DNA of 32,000 nt from Acaryochloris marina S15 (GCF_018336915.1 NZ_CP064927.1:178326-210325); one strand, 5' to 3'. Shown: positions 16,016 through 23,306, numbered from the stretch's first letter. Numbers and translations are program-made. Notes: generated by a model from the sequence alone, not told the origin.

Positions 16016-16793
16016 GGAGAATCCCCAGCTTAAAAAGATTCTAGACCTCGCTGGTAATGCCTTAGAGACTGCCAACCGTAAACGCCGACAGCATCAAGCC
16101 GAGACGGGATACGGTGAACTGGTGGGGATTACCACGGGCAATGATGTCTCACAGATTTTGCCTCAAGAGTTGGGAAGGCTGTCAGATTCCAGGCAGAAAC
16201 TGAGTTTTTATCGAGACTTTCTAGAAGGGCAGTTGTTCCAGAATGACTTGCAAGCCCCCGAGGAGAAGGGTAAAGGCCCGATGGTGATCTGCTTGGATTG
16301 CTCTGGATCGATGAAAGAGCGAGTAAGCCGAGATTTATGGTCAAAAGCTCTGATCGTGGCCTTGGTGAAATTGGCGAATGAACAGGATCGGGTGGTGTCA
16401 GTGGTTCGCTTTGAGTCTGTCTGCTTTGAGCCTATCGAGATTCATCCCAAAGAAGATATTGATCAGCTGATCCGATTACTGGTGACAAGTCCCACCAATG
16501 GCGGGACAGAGTTTCAAGCTCCACTGGAGAGAGCCAGGGAGATCATTGAGCAGGATGCTGATTACAGTGAGGCCGATATTGTTTTCATCACGGATGGGAT
16601 TGCGCCCCTGAGTTCTGTGTTTCTAAAAGAGTACTCAGATTCCCTAGAGAAAATGAAAACTAATTTCTTCTTGTTGGAGATTGAACCAGAGTGGGGATGG
16701 TCAAACGCTCTCAAAGATTTGGCGAGTCAAGCTTGGGTAATTGACGTGGAGGGGAATTTTGATGAGCTGGGGGCTGTGTTTACGGCTTGTTAG
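16008..16793 (+). CDS. von Willebrand factor A (vWA) domain protein, ViaA-like C-terminal part
   Basis: MIDAS motif VICLDCSGSM, plus GGTEF and VFITDG. The only start in this frame is TTG 16008. The frame is open from 15966 (..YREKLKLAALIEENPQLKKILDLAGN, cf. ViaA ..EQPELKRLAEQLGR). Confidence 0.8.
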   Translation: MIEENPQLKKILDLAGNALETANRKRRQHQAETGYGELVGITTGNDVSQILPQELGRLSDSRQKLSFYRDFLEGQLFQNDLQAPEEKGKGPMVICLDCSGSMKERVSRDLWSKALIVALVKLANEQDRVVSVVRFESVCFEPIEIHPKEDIDQLIRLLVTSPTNGGTEFQAPLERAREIIEQDADYSEADIVFITDGIAPLSSVFLKEYSDSLEKMKTNFFLLEIEPEWGWSNALKDLASQAWVIDVEGNFDELGAVFTAC

Positions 16794-16824
16794 TTAGTCA
16801 CTAAAAAATACGGAGAAGAAATCT

Positions 16825-17199
16825 ATGTCCTTTAAACTTCAACAAACCAAACAATGCAAAAATTGCCCATGGCGCGTAGACTCCGATCCCTACGCTATCA
16901 ATGGATATAGCCTGCAAATGCATCAGGATCTAACGAGTACGATTGCCGATCCAGGGGTAATCACTTTTAGCAAAGAAATAAGGGCAATGGCTTGCCATAA
17001 TTCTACAGATGAGCAGCAATTTCACTGTATCGGCTGGCTGGTTCATCAGCTCGGCGTGGGCAATAACATTGGCCTTAGAATGTACCTGCGGAATTGCGAA
17101 AATGCCAGTGAGATTGAAGTGTTTGGAGAACAGCATCAAAGATTAGAAGATACCTTGCCAAATGAAGAATGTGAGACTGAAATTGACTGGGATGATTAA
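16825..17199 (+). CDS. Cys-rich protein (CxxCPW...ACH...C.GW), acidic tail
   Basis: 124 aa: QCKNCPWRVDS...AMACHNSTDEQQFHCIGWLVHQLG. It follows the vWA gene after 31 nt. Confidence 0.6.
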   Translation: MSFKLQQTKQCKNCPWRVDSDPYAINGYSLQMHQDLTSTIADPGVITFSKEIRAMACHNSTDEQQFHCIGWLVHQLGVGNNIGLRMYLRNCENASEIEVFGEQHQRLEDTLPNEECETEIDWDD

Positions 17200-17202
17200 G
17201 GG

Positions 17203-17445
17203 ATGTCCAAAGAGCAAGATATAGATGCAAGAGCCGCACAAGTGGAAGCAATCATGCTGAAACTTGAGGAAGTTTTAGATCTAGATGATCCACGCCAAAA
17301 TCGTCTCCACCAATGCATGGATGCGATCGCAAATCAATACATCGGTGGATCGATTGATAAATGCTGGGAAGTTCTTCAGCCATTGGATCAACAGATTGAT
17401 ATCGAACTTCTAGAGCATCAGTTAAAGCTTGATCAAAATCAGTAA
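17203..17445 (+). CDS. small acidic helical protein
   Basis: 80 aa. It starts 3 nt after the previous stop and is the last gene of the operon. Confidence 0.5.
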   Translation: MSKEQDIDARAAQVEAIMLKLEEVLDLDDPRQNRLHQCMDAIANQYIGGSIDKCWEVLQPLDQQIDIELLEHQLKLDQNQ

Positions 17446-17677
17446 CGCACACTAGTAAAAACTTATCAATGAGACGATATTGATAAGAAATTGCTAGTAT
17501 GCAACCCTTATAATCTAATATTAGTGGATTTATACTGATTACCTCGAAAAGGTTCCTAATAACCCTTGAAATTAGCGAGAAGGCATCTCGGTAAACGCCC
17601 GACCCCGTGATCGTTAGATCGGGCCGAAAAGCGGAAATTCCCGCAACGCCACAAAGCCAAACTGGAGAATTTTAACA

Positions 17678-18100
17678 ATGAAATTAACTCAAATTAAGCA
17701 AGCTGTTATTGCTAACTTTGCACAACAGCACAATGTATCAGTGACCAACATAGCAGAGCTGAAGCAAGCTGCTAAACAGCTCTGGCCTGAGCAAACTTAC
17801 AATTTCCGTAAAGCTCAGATCTGGCTAAACTTTGCCAAAGATCTGCAAGTTGATATCGTTGATTATATTGCCCCAACATCTAAGGATGAGCAAAAGTTGA
17901 GCGATCTTAAAGCTGAGGTTTGCCAGCATTACGAGGTCAAGGATACCAAGACACTCAAGGCCAAGCTGAAAAGCTGGGGAATTTCTCATGGCAAACTCAG
18001 CACTCGAAAGGCTTGGGAGGAGTTGCTAGAGGGATGCAAGGCCAGTCCGAAAGGGCAGGTTATTGAACTGCCAGCGGATCCGTTGGGTGTGGCAGCTTAG
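17678..18100 (+). CDS. hypothetical protein (140 aa, Lys-rich)
   Basis: ATG preceded by GGAG ~11 nt upstream. It follows a ~230-nt structured non-coding leader and is followed by a strong terminator. Confidence 0.6.
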   Translation: MKLTQIKQAVIANFAQQHNVSVTNIAELKQAAKQLWPEQTYNFRKAQIWLNFAKDLQVDIVDYIAPTSKDEQKLSDLKAEVCQHYEVKDTKTLKAKLKSWGISHGKLSTRKAWEELLEGCKASPKGQVIELPADPLGVAA

Positions 18101-18106
18101 CCCTTG

Positions 18107-18155
18107 TCCGGTGCTGGTACCCTCCAAAAGTAACAGCACCGGACTTTTCTCTTGT
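18107..18155 (+). terminator. rho-independent terminator
   Basis: 10-bp stem tccggtgctg (18107-18116) / cagcaccgga (18134-18143), followed by cttttctcttgtt. Confidence 0.7.
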
Positions 18156-18469
18156 TCATATTTTTTGGAGTTCACACCATGTCAAACAAGACTATCAGCG
18201 AAGTCAAAAGAGAGGGATTTTTCAGTATCTCCGAAGATCTGCAATACAGCCCCGGCGAAGGGGATCTCTTTTTGGAATATCAAGGCCCCGGTGGCTTCTG
18301 TCTCGGAAGCATCAGCAAAACCCTTCTTACTGGTGAGTGGACGGCCACTATTAACCTCGCTCTTGTGGAAGACGACGACATAAAAGCCCACGTCCACTCA
18401 GGCATAAGGTCTGACTGCATAGATAGGCTCTGGGCCATCAAAGATGCTGTTAGTTGGGTGTGCCAATGA
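18152..18469 (+). CDS. hypothetical protein
   Basis: The likely start is ATG 18179 (MSNKTISEVK), preceded by GGAG. 96 aa. Confidence 0.55.
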   Translation: MFIFFGVHTMSNKTISEVKREGFFSISEDLQYSPGEGDLFLEYQGPGGFCLGSISKTLLTGEWTATINLALVEDDDIKAHVHSGIRSDCIDRLWAIKDAVSWVCQ

Positions 18470-18479
18470 ATGCTCAAAA

Positions 18480-18506
18480 GACTGGGTGAATTAATAGGTG
18501 TGATGT
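18480..18506. repeat. 27-mer gactgggtgaattaataggtgtgatgt (copy 1 of 3)
   Basis: Identical 27-mer at 28991-29017 and 30410-30436. Each copy is followed by a hairpin repeat. Confidence 0.9.
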
Positions 18507-18524
18507 TGTGGAGTTGGTATTGTT

Positions 18525-18564
18525 TTGCGATCGCACTGAGCGGCCTTCAGCCATCGCATTTCCC
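18525..18564. repeat. hairpin repeat (copy 2 of 5), contains HIP1
   Basis: ttgcgatcgcactgagcggccttcagccatcgcatttccc, flanked by ggtattg/caatacc arms. Confidence 0.65.
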
Positions 18565-18647
18565 AATACCAGCCCTAAACCCCGTGTTATGTCGAGGTGT
18601 CGGTATCGAGATTTGAGATCGCATCCCTGCAGTACGACCCCCAATAC

Positions 18648-18995
18648 TCAAAACGGCACATCATCAATAGTTAGCTCTGGAACTGAAGTACCACCGTCCT
18701 GACTCTTAAATTCTCGGCATTGCTCGGTTGGGTTACCCGTGCCACAACCGAAAGGGACAACCTCACAACAGTCTTAATGTTTGCCAATGTACTTTAATTG
18801 GGAACAGCATTGAAAAAGATGGAAGGCCGTTTGTTCAACTGCTTTTTCAATCTCTAGTGTTTCCTCTGGTGGATCATGATCAGGATTCAGATTCCACATG
18901 ATTCCGTTATTTCGGATGGTGGCCCATACCTCTCCCTCGTTGCAAAATCTCGCAGTGTCTATATGGGCTGTTACTGTCTTTGATTCATAAATATT
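18648..18995 (-). pseudogene. 5'-truncated, stop-containing paralogue of the C-terminal third of the 301-aa gene at 29116-30021
   Basis: The minus strand translates ..TAHIDTARFCNEGEVWATIRNNGIMWNLNPDHDPPEE...CCSQLKYIGKH*DCCEVVPFGCGTGNPTEQCREF...ELTIDDVPF*. This parallels VHIDTQRLYNEGKIWPTIRDHHIVWSLDPDYDPPDE...CCSRCKYIGKYYDCCAVVPFGCGTGNPSEQCREF...ELTIDDVPF*. There is an in-frame TAA and no start codon. Confidence 0.8.
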
Positions 18996-19005
18996 TCATG
19001 AGTGT

Positions 19006-19362
19006 GTGTCAATGACCCAAAAACTAGCAGAACTTTCAATCAGCTATATTCAATCGTTTAGTTTTGAGGATATGGGCTATACATTATGGATGACAGTAAG
19101 TACACCTCTTGTACAGAAAAAAATATGTTTTAAAGGTATTATTAATATCAATATTTCTAGAGATATATTAGATCTAGAGCCTGATGATATCAGTGTTTTT
19201 GAAGTTAATCATGAATTTAGAAAACCAACAATTGATGATTTCAAAGACTATCAGTTTCTAGCTGATAAAGACTTGAATTTCCCTAAACTCCATCTAGTCA
19301 CTTTTCACGCCAGCATGATTATCACAATTCTTTGTAAGGAGGTAGAAGTAGGTCACCAATAG
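19006..19362 (+). CDS. hypothetical protein (AT-rich ORF)
   Basis: 118 aa, likely ATG at 19012 (MTQKLAEL). Composition is lower in GC than the flanks. No motif recognised. Confidence 0.45.
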   Translation: MSMTQKLAELSISYIQSFSFEDMGYTLWMTVSTPLVQKKICFKGIININISRDILDLEPDDISVFEVNHEFRKPTIDDFKDYQFLADKDLNFPKLHLVTFHASMIITILCKEVEVGHQ

Positions 19363-19610
19363 CAACGGCTCCAGTCTGGAGAAATCAGGGGATTGGCACA
19401 GGAATGATCCGATACTTGTTTAAGGATTTGCGAGAATCCGATCAGGTAAGACCGATTTGGTCAAACGCTAGGGTTAGCTCTGCAAGATTTTACCGGGAGC
19501 TAGGCTGGTGGGAAGCCTCCGAACAGTTTGAGAATGGGAACGCTGGGCTATCGGTGCAAATGTTAAGAAAAGACGCTCGCCGTTTGGCAGGTTTCGGGGG
19601 CTGGTGTTGA
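19359..19610 (+). pseudogene. 5'-truncated GNAT acetyltransferase fragment
   Basis: The frame reads ..ATAPVWRNQGIGTGMIRYLF...ARVSSARFYRELGW...MLRK. This is the GNAT motif A (R/Q-x-x-G-x-G) plus the C-terminal FY.k.GF pattern. There is no N-terminal half or start. The 3' end runs into the 117-bp repeat. Confidence 0.55.
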
Positions 19611-19682
19611 GTCGAAAATTGGTCTGTGATGATGCGAAAGTGGGCATCCCCGAAACGAGCAAGAGCTTAGCGAACCTCAGAT
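19565..19682. repeat. ~117-bp direct repeat, left copy (flanks the NB-ARC-TPR gene)
   Basis: aagaaaagacgct...ggtgttgagtcgaaaattggtctgtgatgatgcga.agtgggca.ccccgaaacgagcaagagcttagcgaacctcagat. About 8 mismatches to 23076-23192 by eye. Internal stem gtttcggggg / ccccgaaac. Confidence 0.9.
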
Positions 19683-19964
19683 GTCCATTAATTCTTTATA
19701 CGCACAAGAATGAGCAATTTATAGAATTAGCTGCACAACTTTGAATCGCTACAAACTGAATTCAGAGAGTGATCTACTGATTTATAGGCAATGATACCCA
19801 AGAATGAGTTTTCAAGAGATGAATGCACTATTTCTGAGAGAAAAATAAATTCTTTAAGGAATTAGTTGCACTATTTTTGATAGTAGCTTCCTATCAATCA
19901 ATCTACTGAATCTCAAATCAAGCTGAAGAACCACGTAAATTTGTAGTTTTTCCCAGATAATTTA

Positions 19965-20417
19965 GTGATATCTGCCGTAAATAAAGCCATGACTGAACCC
20001 CTTACCCTGACAGCCGCAGTAATTGCCAATCTCGCCTTTCAAGAGTTCCTAAAATCCAGCGCTGGTGAAGCAGCAAAACAGTTCACTGCTGAAGCAATAG
20101 CTAAGATGAGCGAGCTTCGTCAGAAGATTTGGGATAGGCTGCGGGGTAAACATGATGCGGCAGAACAAGCATTAACCCAAGCAAAGTCAGGTGATCAGAA
20201 AGCAATCGAAACCATTGCTACTCTGCTAGGTGTGGAAATGCTAGATGAAGCCTTTGCTGGAGAACTTCGACAGATAGCCCAAGAAATCAATATTCACATC
20301 AGCAAGGACACCAACACCCAAGTTCAAAATAACTACGGTGGAACCAACTTCCAAAACAGTATTTCAGGTGGAGAGGTTTTTCAAGGCGAGAACATCACCA
20401 TCAATAAGACCACTTGA
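19965..20417 (+). CDS. helical N-terminal module of the NB-ARC-TPR gene, terminated by an in-frame TGA
   Basis: The likely ATG is 19989 (MTEPLTLTAAVIANLAF...). It ends ..GGTNFQNSISGGEVFQGENITINKTT then TGA (20415-20417). The same frame continues into the NB-ARC domain. Confidence 0.65.
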   Translation: MISAVNKAMTEPLTLTAAVIANLAFQEFLKSSAGEAAKQFTAEAIAKMSELRQKIWDRLRGKHDAAEQALTQAKSGDQKAIETIATLLGVEMLDEAFAGELRQIAQEINIHISKDTNTQVQNNYGGTNFQNSISGGEVFQGENITINKTT

Positions 20418-23066
20418 CTAGAGTCGTCCGACTGGGACCGGACAAAGTTACATTCCCCTACCGATATACTCAACAATCTACCTCCAAGTGGCGCTGTTGC
20501 CTTCGTCGGTCGAGACTCCCAGATCAACCAACTGCATGAGCAACTGCAAAGTAACCAGCGAATCGCTATCACTGCACTTGAAGGGATGGGAGGGATTGGT
20601 AAAACTGAACTCGCTTGGGAATATGCTCAACGGTCCTTAATCCAAAATCTCTATTCGGGTGGAGTGTGTTGGTTGCGGTCGCGAGATCAAGAAATCACCA
20701 CTCAGATTATTGATTTTTCTAAAAGCAATTTGGGAATGAAACCCCCAGATGATCTGGAAGTAGAGGCCCAGGTCAGTTTCATTTGGCAACGATGGCCCCA
20801 AGGGGAGGTTTTAATCGTTGTTGACGATGTGGTTGAGTATGAGCTTGTTGCCTCCTGTCTTCCTCTATCGAACCCACGGTTCAAAGTCCTGATCACCACT
20901 CGACTTGATTTTGGTGGATCTGTTCGCTCTCTTTGCCTGGAAGAACTCGATAATGAGAGCGCACTAACACTACTAGAAAAGCTGATTGGACAAAAACGGG
21001 TTCAGTCTCAATTAGAAGATGCAAAAACTTTGTGTGGTTGGGTCGGTAACCTGCCCCTTGGACTAGAGCTGCTAGGACGGTCATTAGCTAAAAAGCCAGA
21101 TTGGTCTTTTCAAAAACTAATTGAGCGACTTGAATCCAAGCGACTTGAGGCTAAAGCCCTAACAGCAAGAGAATCAGGAATGACGGCTCAGTTAGGAGTA
21201 GCTGCTGCACTGGAGTTGAGCTGGGTAGAGCTAAGTGAGGTAGAGCAGGAACTCGCTTGTTTATTAGGGATGTTTGCAATTGCCCCTATTCCTTGGCATT
21301 TGGTTGAAGGATGTCTATCAGATCAGGATAAGGACGACTTAGAAGACATCAGAGATGAAGGTTTAATTGCTAGAAACTTACTCAAACGAGTAGAACAGAG
21401 TACCTACCAACTCCATCAAATTGTGCAGGAGTTCTTTCGGATTAAGTTGAATGAGCACACTGACAAAGGGGAATCCCTTAAAGCCGCTTATTGCACAGCA
21501 ATGGTTGGTGTTGCTCAGAGTATTAATGACAGTCCAACACTTGATGTGATTGCAGGGATGAGAGCCAGCATTCCCCATCTGGAGGAACTAACCAGACAGT
21601 GGATTGACCAACTCAGTGATGATGATTTGACATGGCCCTATATCGGTATTGGTCGATTTTATGGAGGGCAAGGAAACTATGGCTTAGCTTTACCTTGGTA
21701 TCAAAAATGCCTGGAACAGACTCAACAAAGATTAGGCAACGAACACCCTGATGTCGCTCTTAGCCTCAATAACCTGGCAGAACTCTACAGAAACCAAGGA
21801 CGGCACACCGAAGCCGAACCCCTCCATGTCCAAGTCCTACAAATGTACCAGAAGCTCTTGGGCAACGAACACCCCTCTGTCGCGACTAGCCTCAATAACC
21901 TGGCAGGACTCTACGACAACCAAGGACGGTATACCGAAGCCGAACCCCTCCATGTCCAAGCCCTACAGATGTACCAGAAGCTCTTGGGCAACGAACACCC
22001 CTCTGTCGCGACTAGCCTCAATAACCTGGCAGCACTCTACTACAACCAAGGACGGTACACCGAAGCCGAACCCCTCTTGGTCCAAGTCCTACAAATGACA
22101 CAGAAGCTCTTAAGCAACGAACACCCCGATGTCGCGAGTAGCCTCAATAACCTGGCCTTACTCTACGACAACCAAGGACGGTACACCGAAGCCGAACCCC
22201 TCTATGTCCAAGCCCTACAGATGTACCAGAAGCTCTTGGGCACCGAACACCCCTCTGTCGCGACTATCCTCAATAACCTGGCAGAACTCTACAGAAACCA
22301 AGGACGGTATACCGAAGCCGAACCCCTCTTGGTCCAAGCCCTACAGATGTACCAGAAGCTCTTGGGCAACGAACACCCCTCTGTCGCGAGTAGCCTCAAT
22401 AACCTGGCAGGACTCTACGACAACCAAGGACGGTATACCGAAGCCGAACCCCTCTTGGTCCAAGCCCTACAGATGAGACAGAAGCTCTTGGGCAACGAAC
22501 ACCCCTCTGTCGCGAGTAGCCTCAATGACCTGGCCTTACTCTACGACAACCAAGGACGGTACACCGAAGCCGAATCCCTCTTGGTCCAAGCCCTAGAGAT
22601 GACACAGAAGCTCTTGGGCAACGAACACCCCTCTGTCGCGAGTAGCCTCAATAACCTGGCAGGACTCTACTACAACCAAGGACGGTACACCGAAGCCGAA
22701 CCCCTCTTGGTCCAAGCTCTACAGATGAGACAGAAGCTCTTGGGCAACGAACACCCCTCTGTCGCGAGTAGCCTCAATGACCTGGCCTTACTCTACAAAA
22801 ACCAAGGACGGTACACCGAAGCCGAATCCCTCTTGGTCCAAGCCCTACAGATGACACAGAAGCTCTTGGGCAACGAACACCCCTCTGTCGCGACTAGCCT
22901 CAATAACCTGGCAGCACTCTACTACAACCAAGGACGGTACACCGAAGCCGAACCCCTCTTGGTCCAAGCCCTACAGATGAGACAGAAGCTCTTGGGCAAC
23001 GAACACCCCAATACAGTCACATTGAAGCAAAATTTAGATACTTTGCGTCAACAAATGAAAGATTAA
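20418..23066 (+). CDS. NB-ARC (STAND) ATPase + ~10.5 KLC-type TPR repeats (track ORF starts at 20586)
   Basis: P-loop GMGGIGKTELA, Walker B VLIVVDDV, KVLITTR, GNLPLGLELLG. The conserved pre-P-loop segment NLPPSGAVAFVGRDSQINQLHEQL lies upstream of the first Met, with no in-frame start between 20418 and 20585. Confidence 0.85.
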   Translation, partial: LESSDWDRTKLHSPTDILNNLPPSGAVAFVGRDSQINQLHEQLQSNQRIAITALEGMGGIGKTELAWEYAQRSLIQNLYSGGVCWLRSRDQEITTQIIDFSKSNLGMKPPDDLEVEAQVSFIWQRWPQGEVLIVVDDVVEYELVASCLPLSNPRFKVLITTRLDFGGSVRSLCLEELDNESALTLLEKLIGQKRVQSQLEDAKTLCGWVGNLPLGLELLGRSLAKKPDWSFQKLIERLESKRLEAKALTARESGMTAQLGVAAALELSWVELSEVEQELACLLGMFAIAPIPWHLVEGCLSDQDKDDLEDIRDEGLIARNLLKRVEQSTYQLHQIVQEFFRIKLNEHTDKGESLKAAYCTAMVGVAQSINDSPTLDVIAGMRASIPHLEELTRQWIDQLSDDDLTWPYIGIGRFYGGQGNYGLALPWYQKCLEQTQQRLGNEHPDVALSLNNLAELYRNQGRHTEAEPLHVQVLQMYQKLLGNEHPSVATSLNNLAGLYDNQGRYTEAEPLHVQALQMYQKLLGNEHPSVATSLNNLAALYYNQGRYTEAEPLLVQVLQMTQKLLSNEHPDVASSLNNLALLYDNQGRYTEAEPLYVQALQMYQKLLGTEHPSVATILNNLAELYRNQGRYTEAEPLLVQALQMYQKLLGNEHPSVASSLNNLAGLYDNQGRYTEAEPLLVQALQMRQKLLGNEHPSVASSLNDLALLYDNQGRYTEAESLLVQALEMTQKLLGNEHPSVASSLNNLAGLYYNQGRYTEAEPLLVQALQMRQKLLGNEHPSVASSLNDLALLYKNQGRYTEAESLLVQALQMTQKLLGNEHPSVATSLNNLAALYYNQGRYTEAEPLLVQALQMRQKLLGNEHPNTVTLKQNLDTLRQQMKD
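21731..23010 (+). repeat. tandem 126-bp (42-codon) TPR units with a 252-bp higher-order duplication
   Basis: Unit LGNEHPSVATSLNNLAGLYDNQGRYTEAEPLLVQALQMxQKL. 22476-22727 is almost identical to 22728-22979. Confidence 0.9.
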
Positions 23067-23075
23067 ATTAAAAAA

Positions 23076-23192
23076 AGAAAAGACGCTAGCCACTGGGCAT
23101 GTTCCGGGGGCTGGTGTTGAGTCGAAAATTGGTCTGTGATGATGCGAGAGTGGGCACCCCCGAAACGAGCAAGAGCTTAGCGAACCTCAGAT
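23076..23192. repeat. ~117-bp direct repeat, right copy
   Basis: It starts 10 nt after the TPR gene stop and aligns end to end with 19565-19682. Confidence 0.9.
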
Positions 23193-23306
23193 CGGCAATG
23201 TCGCCATCCCAAAGCCATGCCTTTGCTCTGCTCCCTGCCTTTATTTGGGGATGCTGCATTATTGGAGTTTTTGGGATGGGTGCGATTTTTGGGGATGGTA
23301 TCAGGG

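Noticed and set aside
18508-18702. Plus-strand ORFs 18508-18702 and 29036-29245 with similar sequences (..HPCSTTPNTQNGTSSIVSS..)
   Set aside because: They are antisense readings of the hairpin repeat plus the 3' end of the Cys-rich gene and its pseudogene copy. Their conservation is explained by the minus-strand coding sequence.
19565-19682. The 117-bp flanking repeat as a tRNA or tmRNA-derived att site
   Set aside because: I could not fold a cloverleaf or find a T-loop/anticodon arrangement. Only one long imperfect stem is evident.
20415-20417. The in-frame TGA as a selenocysteine codon
   Set aside because: The position is in a linker, not at a catalytic Cys/Sec site. I see no SECIS-like stem-loop immediately downstream. 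Nothing else in the window suggests Sec usage.
21751-22476. Twin 115-aa ORFs (21751-22098 and 22129-22476) with near-identical sequences
   Set aside because: They are out-of-frame translations of the TPR repeat units and sit inside the NB-ARC-TPR coding frame. They are artefacts of the periodicity.
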